From IMG/VR virus record IMGVR_UViG_3300009027_000001, positions 1 through 63,877 of that record: a stretch of 63,877 bases of DNA; one strand, 5' to 3'. Position 1 is the stretch's first letter; each line of letters starts with the position of its first letter. Shown here one piece after another: positions 18,929 through 30,194 of the stretch. The notes below the pieces were generated by a model. It was not told the origin of the DNA, ran no database searches, and saw only the letters and a list, made by a program, of their open reading frames with translations. The translations under genes were made by a program, and so were the position numbers. The stretch comes from a virus (lineage: Duplodnaviria; Caudoviricetes).

Positions 18929-20814
18929 TGGCGGGTAATTCAGCACTGGGCGGATTCGTTGAAGGTTTGCAAGGTGGTATAACCCACCGGCAGCAGTCGC
19001 TCCGCAACAAGAAGATTGACCGGATGCTTGACCAAGAAGGCAAGATGCAAGCGATGGCGATTGAAGGCAAGCAAATGGACATCAACAAGGTCCGTGAGCT
19101 GAAGGGGCTGGCACCCCGTGACTTCACCCAGTTCGAGGCGGACCAAGACCCCTACGGGTTCAAGCTCGGTGATTTCTTCAAGCCCCGCAAGCTGTGGCAG
19201 AACTTCAAAGACAACACTGGCTTCGGCGGCGGGTCTATGGATGCCCCTACCTCCCCGGTGCAGTCCAACGAAGCGGCCATCGAAGATATGACCCAAGGAG
19301 CACAAGGCTCCTCGATGGGTATGCAGGGTAACACCGATGACATGTCGCTGATGGCCGCCGCTGATGGCGGGCCAGTCAGGAAGATGGCTAACGGTGGGTC
19401 CGTCGAAGAACAGCTCGACGCAATGGATCGAACTCGCCGTCCCAACCCCGGCTCAGCAGAATCTCAGCTAGACCGCGAACTCGATCAGAAGACCCGTGAC
19501 CGTATGAACGCTCGACAGAATCCGAGCCGTACACGTAAAGCACTTAATACTGGTAAGCGTGTGGCGGGTAAGGCGGCTCGGCTAGCGCGTGCTGGTGCTG
19601 GTGTAGGCGGCGCTTTAGCTGGGGCGCAAGGTGCGGTCCGAGGGGGTTTTACTGATACTGAACAGATGCGCCGAGAGTACACCATGCCAGAAGCCTTGAT
19701 GGTGGATAAGGACGATTCTGATTTTGAAATCTTCCTAAAGGATTTAGGCGCTCGTGCTATCGGCGTCGGTAACTATGTCGGCGATGCTGCTTTGGATATG
19801 GTTGGCTTTGGACGTGATGAAGCACAAGCACAAGCTATCCGTAGCTCTGACGTTGCACGTCCAACACAGCAAGAACCATCGGTAGCTGCCCAGCCACAGG
19901 CGGCAACGCCAAGAGCTGCTGTCCAGCCGCCCGCTGCACCCCAAGCCCCCGAAGTAACGGGTGGCCCGAACCAGCTGGCCGACGCCCCGATCACCGATCC
20001 GGGTGAGATGCCGACGATGAACACCGAGGAGTGGGTAGCCTACCGTGCCGCCAGTGTCGAGAGTATGCTGATGCAGGGTATGTCTCTCCCTGAAGCCCAC
20101 GATGCTGTCACCTCGATGCAGCAGAAAGGGTTCCTCAACTACGGCACACAGGCTCTACAGATGCTCGCAGCTGGTGATCCGGCTCGGGCAGCGATGGCGC
20201 TCAAGGCTGCGTACCAGTACTTCCCGAACGGAGTTGATGTCAGATTTGGCATAACCAAGGACAAGCAGGGGCAGCCCGCTCTCGTAGCGATGGGTGCCAG
20301 CGAGCAGACCGGCGAATCTACCGGCGCTCCCATGCTAATCACTGGTGAGCGACTGGCCGTGATGATGGAGAACATGACCAATCCGGATGCGTTCCGTACG
20401 TGGACGAAAGACTGGCGTGAGTTTGAGCAAGACCTCCGTAAATACTACGAGATGGAGAAGCCGCAGGCTGAGAGCGAGAACATCTATCGTGACCGTATGG
20501 GCCGAGCAGCGCTCAATCGCTCCGAGGCTGATCTTGTCGGCGCTTATAACGCTGGACGAGGGGGCGGTCGCAAACGCACTGACATGGACCGTAACTCTGC
20601 TGCTCTCCGTGACTACGTAGCAGAGTCCGGACTGCTTGAAGGCATTGATCCACAGACCCAACGATACCTCACACGTGTCATGGAAGCGCTATACCTGAAT
20701 TACGATATGTTGCAGGGTGAGATCATCGAAGAAGTGATGGTAGCCTACGAAAACAACCAGCTACCACAGCTGCTAGAGAGCTATGGACTGTCCAATGCCG
20801 AAAGTGATGAATAA
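18928..20814 (+). CDS. Internal virion / DNA ejection protein
   Basis: N-terminal LGGFVEGLQGG; Gly/Ala hydrophobic segment; TAATG coupling. Confidence 0.65.
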   Translation: MAGNSALGGFVEGLQGGITHRQQSLRNKKIDRMLDQEGKMQAMAIEGKQMDINKVRELKGLAPRDFTQFEADQDPYGFKLGDFFKPRKLWQNFKDNTGFGGGSMDAPTSPVQSNEAAIEDMTQGAQGSSMGMQGNTDDMSLMAAADGGPVRKMANGGSVEEQLDAMDRTRRPNPGSAESQLDRELDQKTRDRMNARQNPSRTRKALNTGKRVAGKAARLARAGAGVGGALAGAQGAVRGGFTDTEQMRREYTMPEALMVDKDDSDFEIFLKDLGARAIGVGNYVGDAALDMVGFGRDEAQAQAIRSSDVARPTQQEPSVAAQPQAATPRAAVQPPAAPQAPEVTGGPNQLADAPITDPGEMPTMNTEEWVAYRAASVESMLMQGMSLPEAHDAVTSMQQKGFLNYGTQALQMLAAGDPARAAMALKAAYQYFPNGVDVRFGITKDKQGQPALVAMGASEQTGESTGAPMLITGERLAVMMENMTNPDAFRTWTKDWREFEQDLRKYYEMEKPQAESENIYRDRMGRAALNRSEADLVGAYNAGRGGGRKRTDMDRNSAALRDYVAESGLLEGIDPQTQRYLTRVMEALYLNYDMLQGEIIEEVMVAYENNQLPQLLESYGLSNAESDE

Positions 20815-23800
20815 TGGCAACTTTCAAGGAGCGTTACGAGGAACTGTTCGGGCCAACGCCAGACTATGACCCGATAGCACAAACTGCCCCGGACGAGCTA
20901 ATCGGGCAGACTCGTCGCCGTGCGCTGGATATACAAGACGCTGCTCCTACTGCATCCCCGCGTCGAGCGGTTCCTATTCGTGACTTGTCTCCACCGGGTG
21001 AGGAGCAGGGTGCTATCTCTGGCCTGCTCAAGACAGGTGCCTCGAAGGTCGTGGCCGAACCGCTGGTCGGTGCAGCTGAGTACCTGACCCGGCAGACCAC
21101 AGGACGGCTCGGGTGGGAAGGCCCTACCGAAGCCCTGCAAGGAGTGCGGGACGATCTGGCCCAGTGGCGCGAAAGCGTCTACGCCCGGATGAACCCGGAG
21201 GTCATGGACATGGTGGGCCGGGAGCTGCTGACTCTCGACCCCGACAGGACTATCTGGCGTGGAAGCCCTCTCGATGTCGCCGAGGCTGTTGCATACAAGG
21301 TTATAGAACAGACACCCTCCCTGCTCGCTACACTGGTACCCGGCGCGATAATGATGCGGGCCGGTGCGATGGGCAAGGGAATCCAGTACCTTAGCGCGTC
21401 CGAGGCGGGTATATCACTGGGTGCTATACAGAACGAGATCGCTGACGGCATTAACGAGATGTCAGCTGATGAGCTGTCGGCTGAGTCGTTCCGTTTCAGA
21501 CAACTGATGGAGGAGTACGGTGACGAAACACAGGCGCGAGCCGACCTTATACGTGAAGCGCAGGGAATGGCACCCGTTGTCGGCGGTGTCGCTGTCGGAG
21601 CAATTTCAGCTGCCGCTGGTCGATACCTCGCACCTGTCTTTGACGATGCGGCTGGCCTTGGTTTCGGCCAGCGCGTCGGTCGAACTGCAATATCAGAGGG
21701 CCTTATCCAAGAAGGCCCGCAGGAATCTATCGAACAAATAGCCAGCAACATCTCCGCCGCTGTCTACGATGGTGACCGGGACTTGCTGGAAGGTGTGGCC
21801 GAGTCCTACGCACAGGGCGCTCTGCTCGGTGCCATCATGGGTGGTGGCGTCGGCGGTATACTCGGGCGTGGTCGGCAGGAGGAGCAGACGCCCCCAGAGC
21901 TGGACACGCCAGACGCCCCCAGTGCCTTCACGCCGGGCCGTGGTGGTCCCCGAGGGCCACAGCAGGCACTACCCCTCGACTTCGGTGAGGAGCAGCGCTC
22001 AGGCCCTATCACGCAGCAGGAGGATATGTTCGCCATACCGGACGAGCTGTTCGACGAGCAGGGCAACTACGTGGGTAACGTGGCTGGACAGGCCGCCGCT
22101 GCACAAGAGGAAAACATCGTTGATCCGGCTATCCGGGCGGCTATTCAGGCGAACATCCGTTCCGATCAGAAGATGGACGATATGTTCCAGACTAACCCAC
22201 AGCGGGAGCAGGAGTATCCCAGCCAGAACATACAGACTGAGATGTTCCCGAGGGCTGCTCCGACTGGTGGGTTACCAGCTCCTAACACCCGTCCTGTACC
22301 TGCTGAAGACCCGATGGCTCCGGAACAGCAGGAGATGCTGCCCGGCCCAGAGAAACGTACGCTTGGTAACAGGCGTACAGAGATGTATGACGCCCCAATA
22401 CCCGAGCCGCAGGTAGACATCTCGGCACAGATGGATCAGTTGGCACGGGGTATGCGTGATGGCGTCTATCTCGCTGCCGAGCAAGAGGTTGATCCTGCCA
22501 TCCTTGGGGACTTCCCGATGGTGCAGGACTTTGATGGTCGTGGCGGTGACATGATCTTCAAGGATGAGGAGACTGCCGACCAGTGGATGGAGGCGCTGGC
22601 GAACAGCAACCCCGAAGACCTGCAAGCCATCCTCGGTGAGATCACCGGGGCTGGTACTGGTAAGCCGATCGACGGTCGCCTTGCTGTACAGAAGATCGGA
22701 GAGAACGGAGGCGTCGAGCAAGAGACGCTGGTGTCCACCCTCGAAGAAGCACAACAGGTGCAGGAGGAGATGGGGGGTGAGACACGTGTACTGACGGCTG
22801 AAGAAGCTATAGCCCGCCGGGAGATGATGGCTGCTGACGACCTGTTTGCTGAGCCTGAACCAGAACCAGAGGGTACGCCGGGCGGCACACCTCGCACGGG
22901 TACTGGTCGTCACCGTGTGCGTTTCACTGATGATGCTGGGCAGGTCATTGAAGACCGCACGTTCAGCGACGTAAGGAGAGCGAACAAATATGCAGATCAG
23001 CTGGCCGACGAGTACCAGCTGGCTCAGCCTGAAGCTGATGCCCGCATTACTGTCACCCCGATACGCACTATGCCGAAGCGCAAGACCAAGCCTACTCAGG
23101 ATGAACAGAAGGCTGAGCTTGCCAAGCGAAAGAGAAAGGCTACGTATAAGACAGAAGGTGAAAAGGTAGCTGACGAAATACGCAGGCGTGTACCGTTCGA
23201 TGAGCGTCAGGATATGACTGAAGCGGCAGCTAAGGCCGGTACTCGAGAGGAAGCTGCACAGAACCTCCTACGCCTCGCCGCTAAGCAGATGGATGAAGAA
23301 CAGGCTCGCTCTATCGACGGGTTCTTCCCGCCTGACAGCTACGAGTTCAAGAACAAGCAGCTGAAGCAGGATTACACCGATGCGTGGCAGGCTCTCTACG
23401 AGGCTGACTTCATCGCTAAGAACAAGGCGGTCATTCCGCTTGAGTTTCGTGGGACTGTTGTCTCCAAGGCTAACCGAGACAAAAAGAAAGCCCTGAAGAA
23501 GATCGAGCAGGTACGGGAGGGGTCGAATCCCCGCCGTAAGGTCGAGAAGGCTGTCCGCGAAGCTCGATACACAAGTGAGGCAGCTGTTGCACAGTTGTCC
23601 TACAACGAACGTAAGATCGCTGAGCGCCTCGGGATCGAGATGCCCACCGATGCACAGAAGATGGAAGCGGAAATCCTGTCTGAAACACAGCAGCAGTTAG
23701 CAGACTTCCGTGAGTCGAAGATAGCAGAAGACGCTGAGGAAGATACCTACGTCGCCGCTATGGTGGAGGCTACCGCCCCCCGTACCAAGGACGACTCGGA

Positions 23801-26800
23801 CCAGCCCATCGGCGATACGCTGGAAGGCCCGGTCTACCGCTTCGACATGAAAACGACGAAGAAAGAACTGGAAGCACTGACCGAATCTGAACTGAACAAC
23901 GTCTTCGATGATGCGTTACGGTGGCGGCAGTCCACCAACAAACGTCTTAGCGATGGCCGCATCTCTGAAATGAAGCGAGAAATCACAACTCGCTCCGAGA
24001 GGATCAAAGAGATTATGCGGGCCGTAGTCAGTATGCGAAATAGCGCTGGCACGGAAGCACGGGCTAAAGGCGCATACATCGTCACCAACGTCACTAACAA
24101 GAAGGGTGGCGGCATCCGGCGTACGACTGTACGCAGTGGCCCGTTGACCTCCTCGTCAGAGAAGTACGAAGAAGGTGCTGACAAGCTGAAGGCTCGGGCT
24201 GAGAAAGCCAAAAAGATATACACCGATCTGTCGGACAACCTGAAGGGTGCCTTGAAACGTCTGAAGGCTGTGGCACCTGAGACTGATGAGTACGGCAACC
24301 TGACGGAACTCGGGCAGGATGAGGTCATGGGTATCTGGTGGGCTGAGTCGCTGGCTGAACTAGGGCAGGCTGTAGTTGAGAGCCGTAGGACAGACGACCC
24401 TGCTATGGAGCTGGCTAGTAAAATATCTACTGGCCTAAAACGTGTTGCCGGTAAGACCTCTGACCGTCTGTTTGGAACTGTCTTCGCCGACGCTGCTCGT
24501 CAGACCCTCATCATCAATGCGAAGGATATGGGCAAGGACCTCGCTACGATTGCAAAGCAGGTCAACAACTTCAATGACAAACTCGAGGCTGCTAACCGGC
24601 TGCACGAGGCCAAGAAAAAGTGGGTCAAAGACAGCGACTACAAGCAGTTCATTAAGCCGATCATCCGTAAGTTCCACGAGTCGTACTGGAACAACAAGGG
24701 TACGTACTACCCGACGCTGGCTGAAGCGGCAAACCTCAAGTGGGTACTAGACAACTACCGAGCGCAGGGCAAGAAAGATGACTTCTACCTGCCGCTGCGA
24801 CGGGTGCTGGAAGATTTCGGCTTCAAGTTCAAAAACAATACGCTAATCGTCAATGAGGTTGACGGCGAGTTCGACTTCACCCCGAAAGACGCTCACCTGA
24901 TGAACCGTTTTCGCCGTAGCGACCCGATCATTATGGACAGGACAGTCGTACGCCGTGAGACGGATAAACCTTACGAACCTGTCACCCTTACATACAGGCG
25001 TCCTGAAGGGGAGCTGGACAAGCGCATCGCTGAGCGTGAGAAGCGTACGGAGAAAGATCAGTTCATCGCTAAAGAGGAGCTGGACTCGATCAAGCATGTC
25101 CGTGCATCAGCCATCTTTGCACGGTTCCGTAAGATCGTGGACAACCCGAAGACCACGAGAGATAAGCTGGTTGATGCCGAGCTAAAGCTGCTTGAAGACC
25201 TAAAGAAAGAGGGTTTCCTGACCAACGTCGGCGCACAGATGGTGACTATTAAAGTACCTGACCGTCCGACGATTAGCCTCCGTCGTTCTGCACGAGCGCT
25301 GGACGACGGTATACTGACTAAGAGGGAAGCCCGCAGTCGCATGGCCTCCATCCGCAAGTCATACACCAAACCCCTATACAGGCACGAAAGTAAGGTCGGG
25401 CGCTACGCTGGTAGCGTTGCCGGTACAGCTATTGCTGATACCGAATCTGAGTGGGTATACAAAAAGCTACCGGGCTTTTTGCTTAAAAACATTAAGCCTA
25501 AACGGGTATACACTACAGCAGCTAACAAACTGCATGAGAAAATCAAGTATTCAAACTCAAGAATCTCGCTTAACGAGGCACTCGACATAATCATCGAGAC
25601 TCTACCTTCGTCTGACCCCTTGGGTAAGGTCGCTAGACAATTACGCAGCGTAGATGTCACCCGTGGTATCGGCCTCGGATATGCGTGGGGGATGAAGTAC
25701 GCGGTCGGTGGTTACTGGAATGAGTCAGGGCGAGTAGACATTGACTTTGAGTATTTCTACGGAGAAGAAGCGCTAAGCAAAACGAATAAAGATTTGGTTG
25801 ACGCCCAGTTTCTACAGGTAGTACTCCATGAAATTGCCCATGCAGCAACAGTAGAATCTATAGATCGCAGTCAAACGGCTGAGGCTATCATAGATGAACT
25901 AATACAGCAGGGGCAGCAAGCGTGGGGAAGACAACATACCGGAAAAATTCTGGAACGCATTCTTATTAACGATAAGTTCTTTAAGCAAAGGAAGTTTAGT
26001 GACGTAGCATCAAAGCAAGAACTCGCTGAAATTTTTACAGCTGAAATAAGTTTACAAGAGCCGAATAAAATTGCTTACATCAACAAGGTCGGTGACGACT
26101 TTGAAGTAATAGTTAAAGCCGCAAAAGACAAGCCCTACGGTTTTACCAATCCACATGAGTTTGTTGCTGAAGCATTTTCAAATCCTGAATTTCAAGATTT
26201 CTTAAAGGCTACCAAGTTCAACAAGAAGAACTGGCTGTGGGATGAATTCAAGAAAGCTGTGTTTAAGATTCTCGGTATTAAGACTGACGAAAACCTTGAC
26301 ACCATTTGGGATGTTGTACTAGCAGCAACGCCAGCGTTGACCAGATACGCAAACAGTTATGACCCGAGTAAATACCATTGGGAACCGGGTGGTAAAAAAG
26401 ATATGCGACCGTACGGAGAATACGTACAAGAGGCTCGTAAAGATATAAACAGCCATCGTCAAGCATACGACGATGCAGGTAATCAGCTTGGCGACTTGCT
26501 GAATGATCGCTACCGTTTGCGCGGGGCCAATACTGTACTTCAGTCACTCATCAGCTCACTGCCTGAACGCAGCGCACTAGGGATTACTGCTCGCAAACTG
26601 GCTGAGCTGGACCTAAGCGATGTTACGGTTCGCTGGGATTGGACTAATCTCATCAAGAACCCCGACACTAATGGTGTTTACCGTGGCAAACATCGCCGTG
26701 TAATCCTTGCACGTAAGGATGGAATGTCTGGACACAAGCTGGCTCGTGTCACGTTACACGAGCTGATGCACGCTGCTACGCAGGAAAGCCTGCAACGCAA

Positions 26801-29800
26801 CCAGACGCTTCGTTCACTGATGACAGATGTCCAGAGTGAAGTACGCCAAAAACTCATGGAGCAGTTCCCTGTTGGTAAACTGCCGTATGGTTTGCGCCCG
26901 CAGGATCAGGTCGATGAGTTCGTAGCAGAAATGTTCTCGAACGAAGCTATGCAGCAGGCAGCTAAGACCACTATGCTTGATAGCCGGATGTCTCTGTGGA
27001 GCCGGTTCAAAGACTTGGTCAAGCAGTTACTTGGTTGGGTGGGGGACTACGAAATTTCAGCTTTCGATATGGTTATGGAATTGCAGCCGCAACTATTCGA
27101 GTATGCTGAGTTAGACAACCCCAACGCCCCTGACCTATATCACGGAGACGTAGCATTAGGTAATAAAGCTCGTGAGGTTTGGAACAGAGCTAAGATGACC
27201 TACGACATCGAAAACCGAGCACGTACGGCTGCAACACAAGGCGCGACAATCTTCGGGCGTGGCAAGTTGAGCCATGCGTTCCACTCCATGCGCCAGCTGC
27301 GTGAGCGTTATGAACAGTACTTCGGCGGGAAAGAAGGTCCACTGGCGAAGTACATGGATGCGTTCAACGCTCGCAACTCCATGAACAATGAACTGATGCA
27401 GATGCCTGAACGCCTGTCACGTAAATGGTCAGAGTTCGAGCAGAAGCACGGTGTTAAGGTAGCTAACGATTTCAGTCAGCTTGCTACTGAAGCTACCATG
27501 CACACGCTCGACCCGAGCAAGGTCGCTGGGCATGAGAGGAACAAGAAGTCTGCAAAGGCTCAGCCGACTATGTATCGTGAGCTGCGTGCCCGGTACCAAG
27601 CGTTGCCGCAAGACTACAAGGATTTGTGGGCAGAGGTTACAGACTACTACCAGTCATCGCTTGAACAAGAAACCGGCCTGATGATGCTCAATGCCGTACG
27701 CGGAGTCGTCACCAAGGGAGCCGGTGAGACGATGGACCTTGGGACGTTCAACCGCAAGTACAACGAGACGAACATCCTGAAGTTCAGCACGCAGGAAGAA
27801 ATCTTGGCTGAGTTCGGTGAGTTCCTTGGTGAAGATGCTGCAAACCTCGCCAAGTTCATACAACGGGTGGCTAACGTACCGGCCATGAAACAGGGGGTCT
27901 ATTTCCCCCTCATGCGCTACGGGGAGTACGCTGTCTACGCCAAGACCATGCGTGACAAGAAGTACTTTAAGGACAGCCAAGCTGCACGGAAGTACGCAGC
28001 CGACCAGCGTCTTGAAGACCCGACCTACTCTGTCAACACACGTGAGGAAAGTGATGGACGGTGGAGCGTGCAGGTCACGGAGAGTGCTTTCGTCATGGGT
28101 GAGACTATCACCGAAGTGATGGAGAAACGCCAACAGCTGGTAGACGAAGGCTACGACTGGGTTGGAGATGTCGGACGCAAGCTAGAGATGCCGAGAGAGT
28201 CGGCGATCACCTCGAACGCAGCGCTGTCCAGCATCCTTGAAACGCTGTCGGATAATGCAGCTGCACAAAACGCGATCAAGCAGTTCTACTTGCAGTCGCT
28301 TTCCGATCAGTCGTTCCGTAAGAGAGAAATCAAACGACAGAACCGCCGGGGTGTGGACTACTTCACGCAGCATCGCAACTTCGCCAACTACGCTCGCCAG
28401 TCTGCTTACTACAGGTCACAGCTGAAGCATGGCTGGCAGATGGCGAAGGGGCTGTCTGACATGCGTGACTTCCTGAAGGACTACCGACAGGGCGCGAGCA
28501 AGATGTCTCGCGTCCAACTGGACAACGTGTACGAAACGCTGAAGACACGTGATGAGAAGATGACCGACCCAGTACAGCTCCACAAGGCTGTGCGGGGCGG
28601 CATCGCTCTGACCCAGTTCTACATGCTGACCAGTGCTTCCTACCACATGATTAACAGCACGCAGCCGTGGATGGTGTCGCTGCCCACGATGGGAGGTCGC
28701 CACGGCTGGGGCCAAGCCTTCGCAGCTATGAAGGGAGCGCAAGCCCTCATCAAAGACCCGATCTTCAGTCAGATAAAAGAGTCTAAGGGTGGTCTGGCGC
28801 TGCTGAAGAAAGGCAACCTCGCTGCCGAGCGTGCCTTCGGCGTTTTCGATCAGCTGCGTGATAGTCTCAAGGCCAACGACGCTCGTGCGGACGAGCACCT
28901 CGAGATGCTTGACAAGCTACGTAAGACAAGCGTGTTGGAAGTCTCCCCGCTGACGGAGCTGCGAGAGATCGCAACGGGCAAGGAGTCGTGGACGACGAAG
29001 GCGATGGATGCGTCACGTGCGATGGCGCACATGGTCGAAGTGAACAACCGCGTTCTGACGGCTATCGCTGCCTACGATTTGGAGTACGCCCGCCAGAAGA
29101 ACGGGGGGGCAGGCGAGGAAGCAGCACGAGAAGCGGCCACGCAGTACGCCGAGGACATGGTATCGCAGACGCAGTTTGACTACTCGACGGCCAACAAGCC
29201 GCCCGCGTTCCTGCGTTTCCCAATCGTGTTCCAGTTCATGCAGTGGTCGCAGCACATCTACGCACACATCATCCGCAACACGGCAGCAGCTCTGAAGGGC
29301 GACAAGGACGCCGCCAAGATTCTCGGTGGCGTTCTCGGTACCCACGCTGCCGTAGCTGGCGCACTGGGTGTGACGTTGCAGCCGATCAAGATGGCCTTCG
29401 GTCTGGCGATGATGGCGCTGGGCGATGAAGACGAGCCTTACACGTGGCAGAACGCCCTCAGCGGTGCGACCTTCGACCGGGTCACTACTTCGGCGATGAA
29501 CGAATTGTTTGGTACAACTGTTTCAACAGTGCTCGGCAAGGGGCTACCCGCCGGGCTGGGCATTGATCTCTCTACGCGCATGTCTTTGGGAACCCTGTTC
29601 TTCATCGACCTGCGAGGTGACACCCCTGAGTCGGTGGCTGGTTCACTGCTCTCATCCTTCGGAGGTGCGAGCGTCAACCAAGCTCTGACGTTTGGTAGGG
29701 GTATACAGTACATGGGTAGCGGCGACATAATGAAGGGCCTTGAAGTCTTCTCCCCCAAATTCCTTCGTGACATTCTCCGGGCTGGCCGGTTTGCGTCCGA

Positions 29801-30194
29801 GGGTTTGGTGAACAACTCCGGTGACACTGTGCTCGACACCAGTGCGCTAGGGTTTTACGAGACGGCATTGCAGGCAGTAGGATTTACTCCAACAGCTATT
29901 GGACAATTCTACGAAGGGCAAGCAGCAATCAAAGATAAAGAAGCCTACGTACGGAAGCAAAAAATCAGGTTGATGAAAGACTTTCGTACATCTAGTGCAG
30001 CCGGGCGTCGTGCGATCATAGATCAGATCGTTGAGTTTAACAGCTCATTCCCACAGGAAGCGATCACCCGGTCTGCGCTCCTTCGCAACCTGAAGGGCAA
30101 ACTCGAGCGTGAACTTCAATACGAGCGATATGGAGCAGCGATAGATGAGAAGAAAGCAGCACTCTACGCCGGTTATGGCGAACCCTACCGTTAA
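20814..30194 (+). CDS. Giant (3126 aa) ejection / polyvalent protein with two zincin-like HExxH domains and a PLxRFG-type motif
   Basis: LHEIAHAAT...HEFVAEAFSN and LHELMHAAT...DEFVAEMFSN; YFPLMRYGEY; Gly/Ala-rich hydrophobic helices near both ends. Confidence 0.75.
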   Translation: MATFKERYEELFGPTPDYDPIAQTAPDELIGQTRRRALDIQDAAPTASPRRAVPIRDLSPPGEEQGAISGLLKTGASKVVAEPLVGAAEYLTRQTTGRLGWEGPTEALQGVRDDLAQWRESVYARMNPEVMDMVGRELLTLDPDRTIWRGSPLDVAEAVAYKVIEQTPSLLATLVPGAIMMRAGAMGKGIQYLSASEAGISLGAIQNEIADGINEMSADELSAESFRFRQLMEEYGDETQARADLIREAQGMAPVVGGVAVGAISAAAGRYLAPVFDDAAGLGFGQRVGRTAISEGLIQEGPQESIEQIASNISAAVYDGDRDLLEGVAESYAQGALLGAIMGGGVGGILGRGRQEEQTPPELDTPDAPSAFTPGRGGPRGPQQALPLDFGEEQRSGPITQQEDMFAIPDELFDEQGNYVGNVAGQAAAAQEENIVDPAIRAAIQANIRSDQKMDDMFQTNPQREQEYPSQNIQTEMFPRAAPTGGLPAPNTRPVPAEDPMAPEQQEMLPGPEKRTLGNRRTEMYDAPIPEPQVDISAQMDQLARGMRDGVYLAAEQEVDPAILGDFPMVQDFDGRGGDMIFKDEETADQWMEALANSNPEDLQAILGEITGAGTGKPIDGRLAVQKIGENGGVEQETLVSTLEEAQQVQEEMGGETRVLTAEEAIARREMMAADDLFAEPEPEPEGTPGGTPRTGTGRHRVRFTDDAGQVIEDRTFSDVRRANKYADQLADEYQLAQPEADARITVTPIRTMPKRKTKPTQDEQKAELAKRKRKATYKTEGEKVADEIRRRVPFDERQDMTEAAAKAGTREEAAQNLLRLAAKQMDEEQARSIDGFFPPDSYEFKNKQLKQDYTDAWQALYEADFIAKNKAVIPLEFRGTVVSKANRDKKKALKKIEQVREGSNPRRKVEKAVREARYTSEAAVAQLSYNERKIAERLGIEMPTDAQKMEAEILSETQQQLADFRESKIAEDAEEDTYVAAMVEATAPRTKDDSDQPIGDTLEGPVYRFDMKTTKKELEALTESELNNVFDDALRWRQSTNKRLSDGRISEMKREITTRSERIKEIMRAVVSMRNSAGTEARAKGAYIVTNVTNKKGGGIRRTTVRSGPLTSSSEKYEEGADKLKARAEKAKKIYTDLSDNLKGALKRLKAVAPETDEYGNLTELGQDEVMGIWWAESLAELGQAVVESRRTDDPAMELASKISTGLKRVAGKTSDRLFGTVFADAARQTLIINAKDMGKDLATIAKQVNNFNDKLEAANRLHEAKKKWVKDSDYKQFIKPIIRKFHESYWNNKGTYYPTLAEAANLKWVLDNYRAQGKKDDFYLPLRRVLEDFGFKFKNNTLIVNEVDGEFDFTPKDAHLMNRFRRSDPIIMDRTVVRRETDKPYEPVTLTYRRPEGELDKRIAEREKRTEKDQFIAKEELDSIKHVRASAIFARFRKIVDNPKTTRDKLVDAELKLLEDLKKEGFLTNVGAQMVTIKVPDRPTISLRRSARALDDGILTKREARSRMASIRKSYTKPLYRHESKVGRYAGSVAGTAIADTESEWVYKKLPGFLLKNIKPKRVYTTAANKLHEKIKYSNSRISLNEALDIIIETLPSSDPLGKVARQLRSVDVTRGIGLGYAWGMKYAVGGYWNESGRVDIDFEYFYGEEALSKTNKDLVDAQFLQVVLHEIAHAATVESIDRSQTAEAIIDELIQQGQQAWGRQHTGKILERILINDKFFKQRKFSDVASKQELAEIFTAEISLQEPNKIAYINKVGDDFEVIVKAAKDKPYGFTNPHEFVAEAFSNPEFQDFLKATKFNKKNWLWDEFKKAVFKILGIKTDENLDTIWDVVLAATPALTRYANSYDPSKYHWEPGGKKDMRPYGEYVQEARKDINSHRQAYDDAGNQLGDLLNDRYRLRGANTVLQSLISSLPERSALGITARKLAELDLSDVTVRWDWTNLIKNPDTNGVYRGKHRRVILARKDGMSGHKLARVTLHELMHAATQESLQRNQTLRSLMTDVQSEVRQKLMEQFPVGKLPYGLRPQDQVDEFVAEMFSNEAMQQAAKTTMLDSRMSLWSRFKDLVKQLLGWVGDYEISAFDMVMELQPQLFEYAELDNPNAPDLYHGDVALGNKAREVWNRAKMTYDIENRARTAATQGATIFGRGKLSHAFHSMRQLRERYEQYFGGKEGPLAKYMDAFNARNSMNNELMQMPERLSRKWSEFEQKHGVKVANDFSQLATEATMHTLDPSKVAGHERNKKSAKAQPTMYRELRARYQALPQDYKDLWAEVTDYYQSSLEQETGLMMLNAVRGVVTKGAGETMDLGTFNRKYNETNILKFSTQEEILAEFGEFLGEDAANLAKFIQRVANVPAMKQGVYFPLMRYGEYAVYAKTMRDKKYFKDSQAARKYAADQRLEDPTYSVNTREESDGRWSVQVTESAFVMGETITEVMEKRQQLVDEGYDWVGDVGRKLEMPRESAITSNAALSSILETLSDNAAAQNAIKQFYLQSLSDQSFRKREIKRQNRRGVDYFTQHRNFANYARQSAYYRSQLKHGWQMAKGLSDMRDFLKDYRQGASKMSRVQLDNVYETLKTRDEKMTDPVQLHKAVRGGIALTQFYMLTSASYHMINSTQPWMVSLPTMGGRHGWGQAFAAMKGAQALIKDPIFSQIKESKGGLALLKKGNLAAERAFGVFDQLRDSLKANDARADEHLEMLDKLRKTSVLEVSPLTELREIATGKESWTTKAMDASRAMAHMVEVNNRVLTAIAAYDLEYARQKNGGAGEEAAREAATQYAEDMVSQTQFDYSTANKPPAFLRFPIVFQFMQWSQHIYAHIIRNTAAALKGDKDAAKILGGVLGTHAAVAGALGVTLQPIKMAFGLAMMALGDEDEPYTWQNALSGATFDRVTTSAMNELFGTTVSTVLGKGLPAGLGIDLSTRMSLGTLFFIDLRGDTPESVAGSLLSSFGGASVNQALTFGRGIQYMGSGDIMKGLEVFSPKFLRDILRAGRFASEGLVNNSGDTVLDTSALGFYETALQAVGFTPTAIGQFYEGQAAIKDKEAYVRKQKIRLMKDFRTSSAAGRRAIIDQIVEFNSSFPQEAITRSALLRNLKGKLERELQYERYGAAIDEKKAALYAGYGEPYR

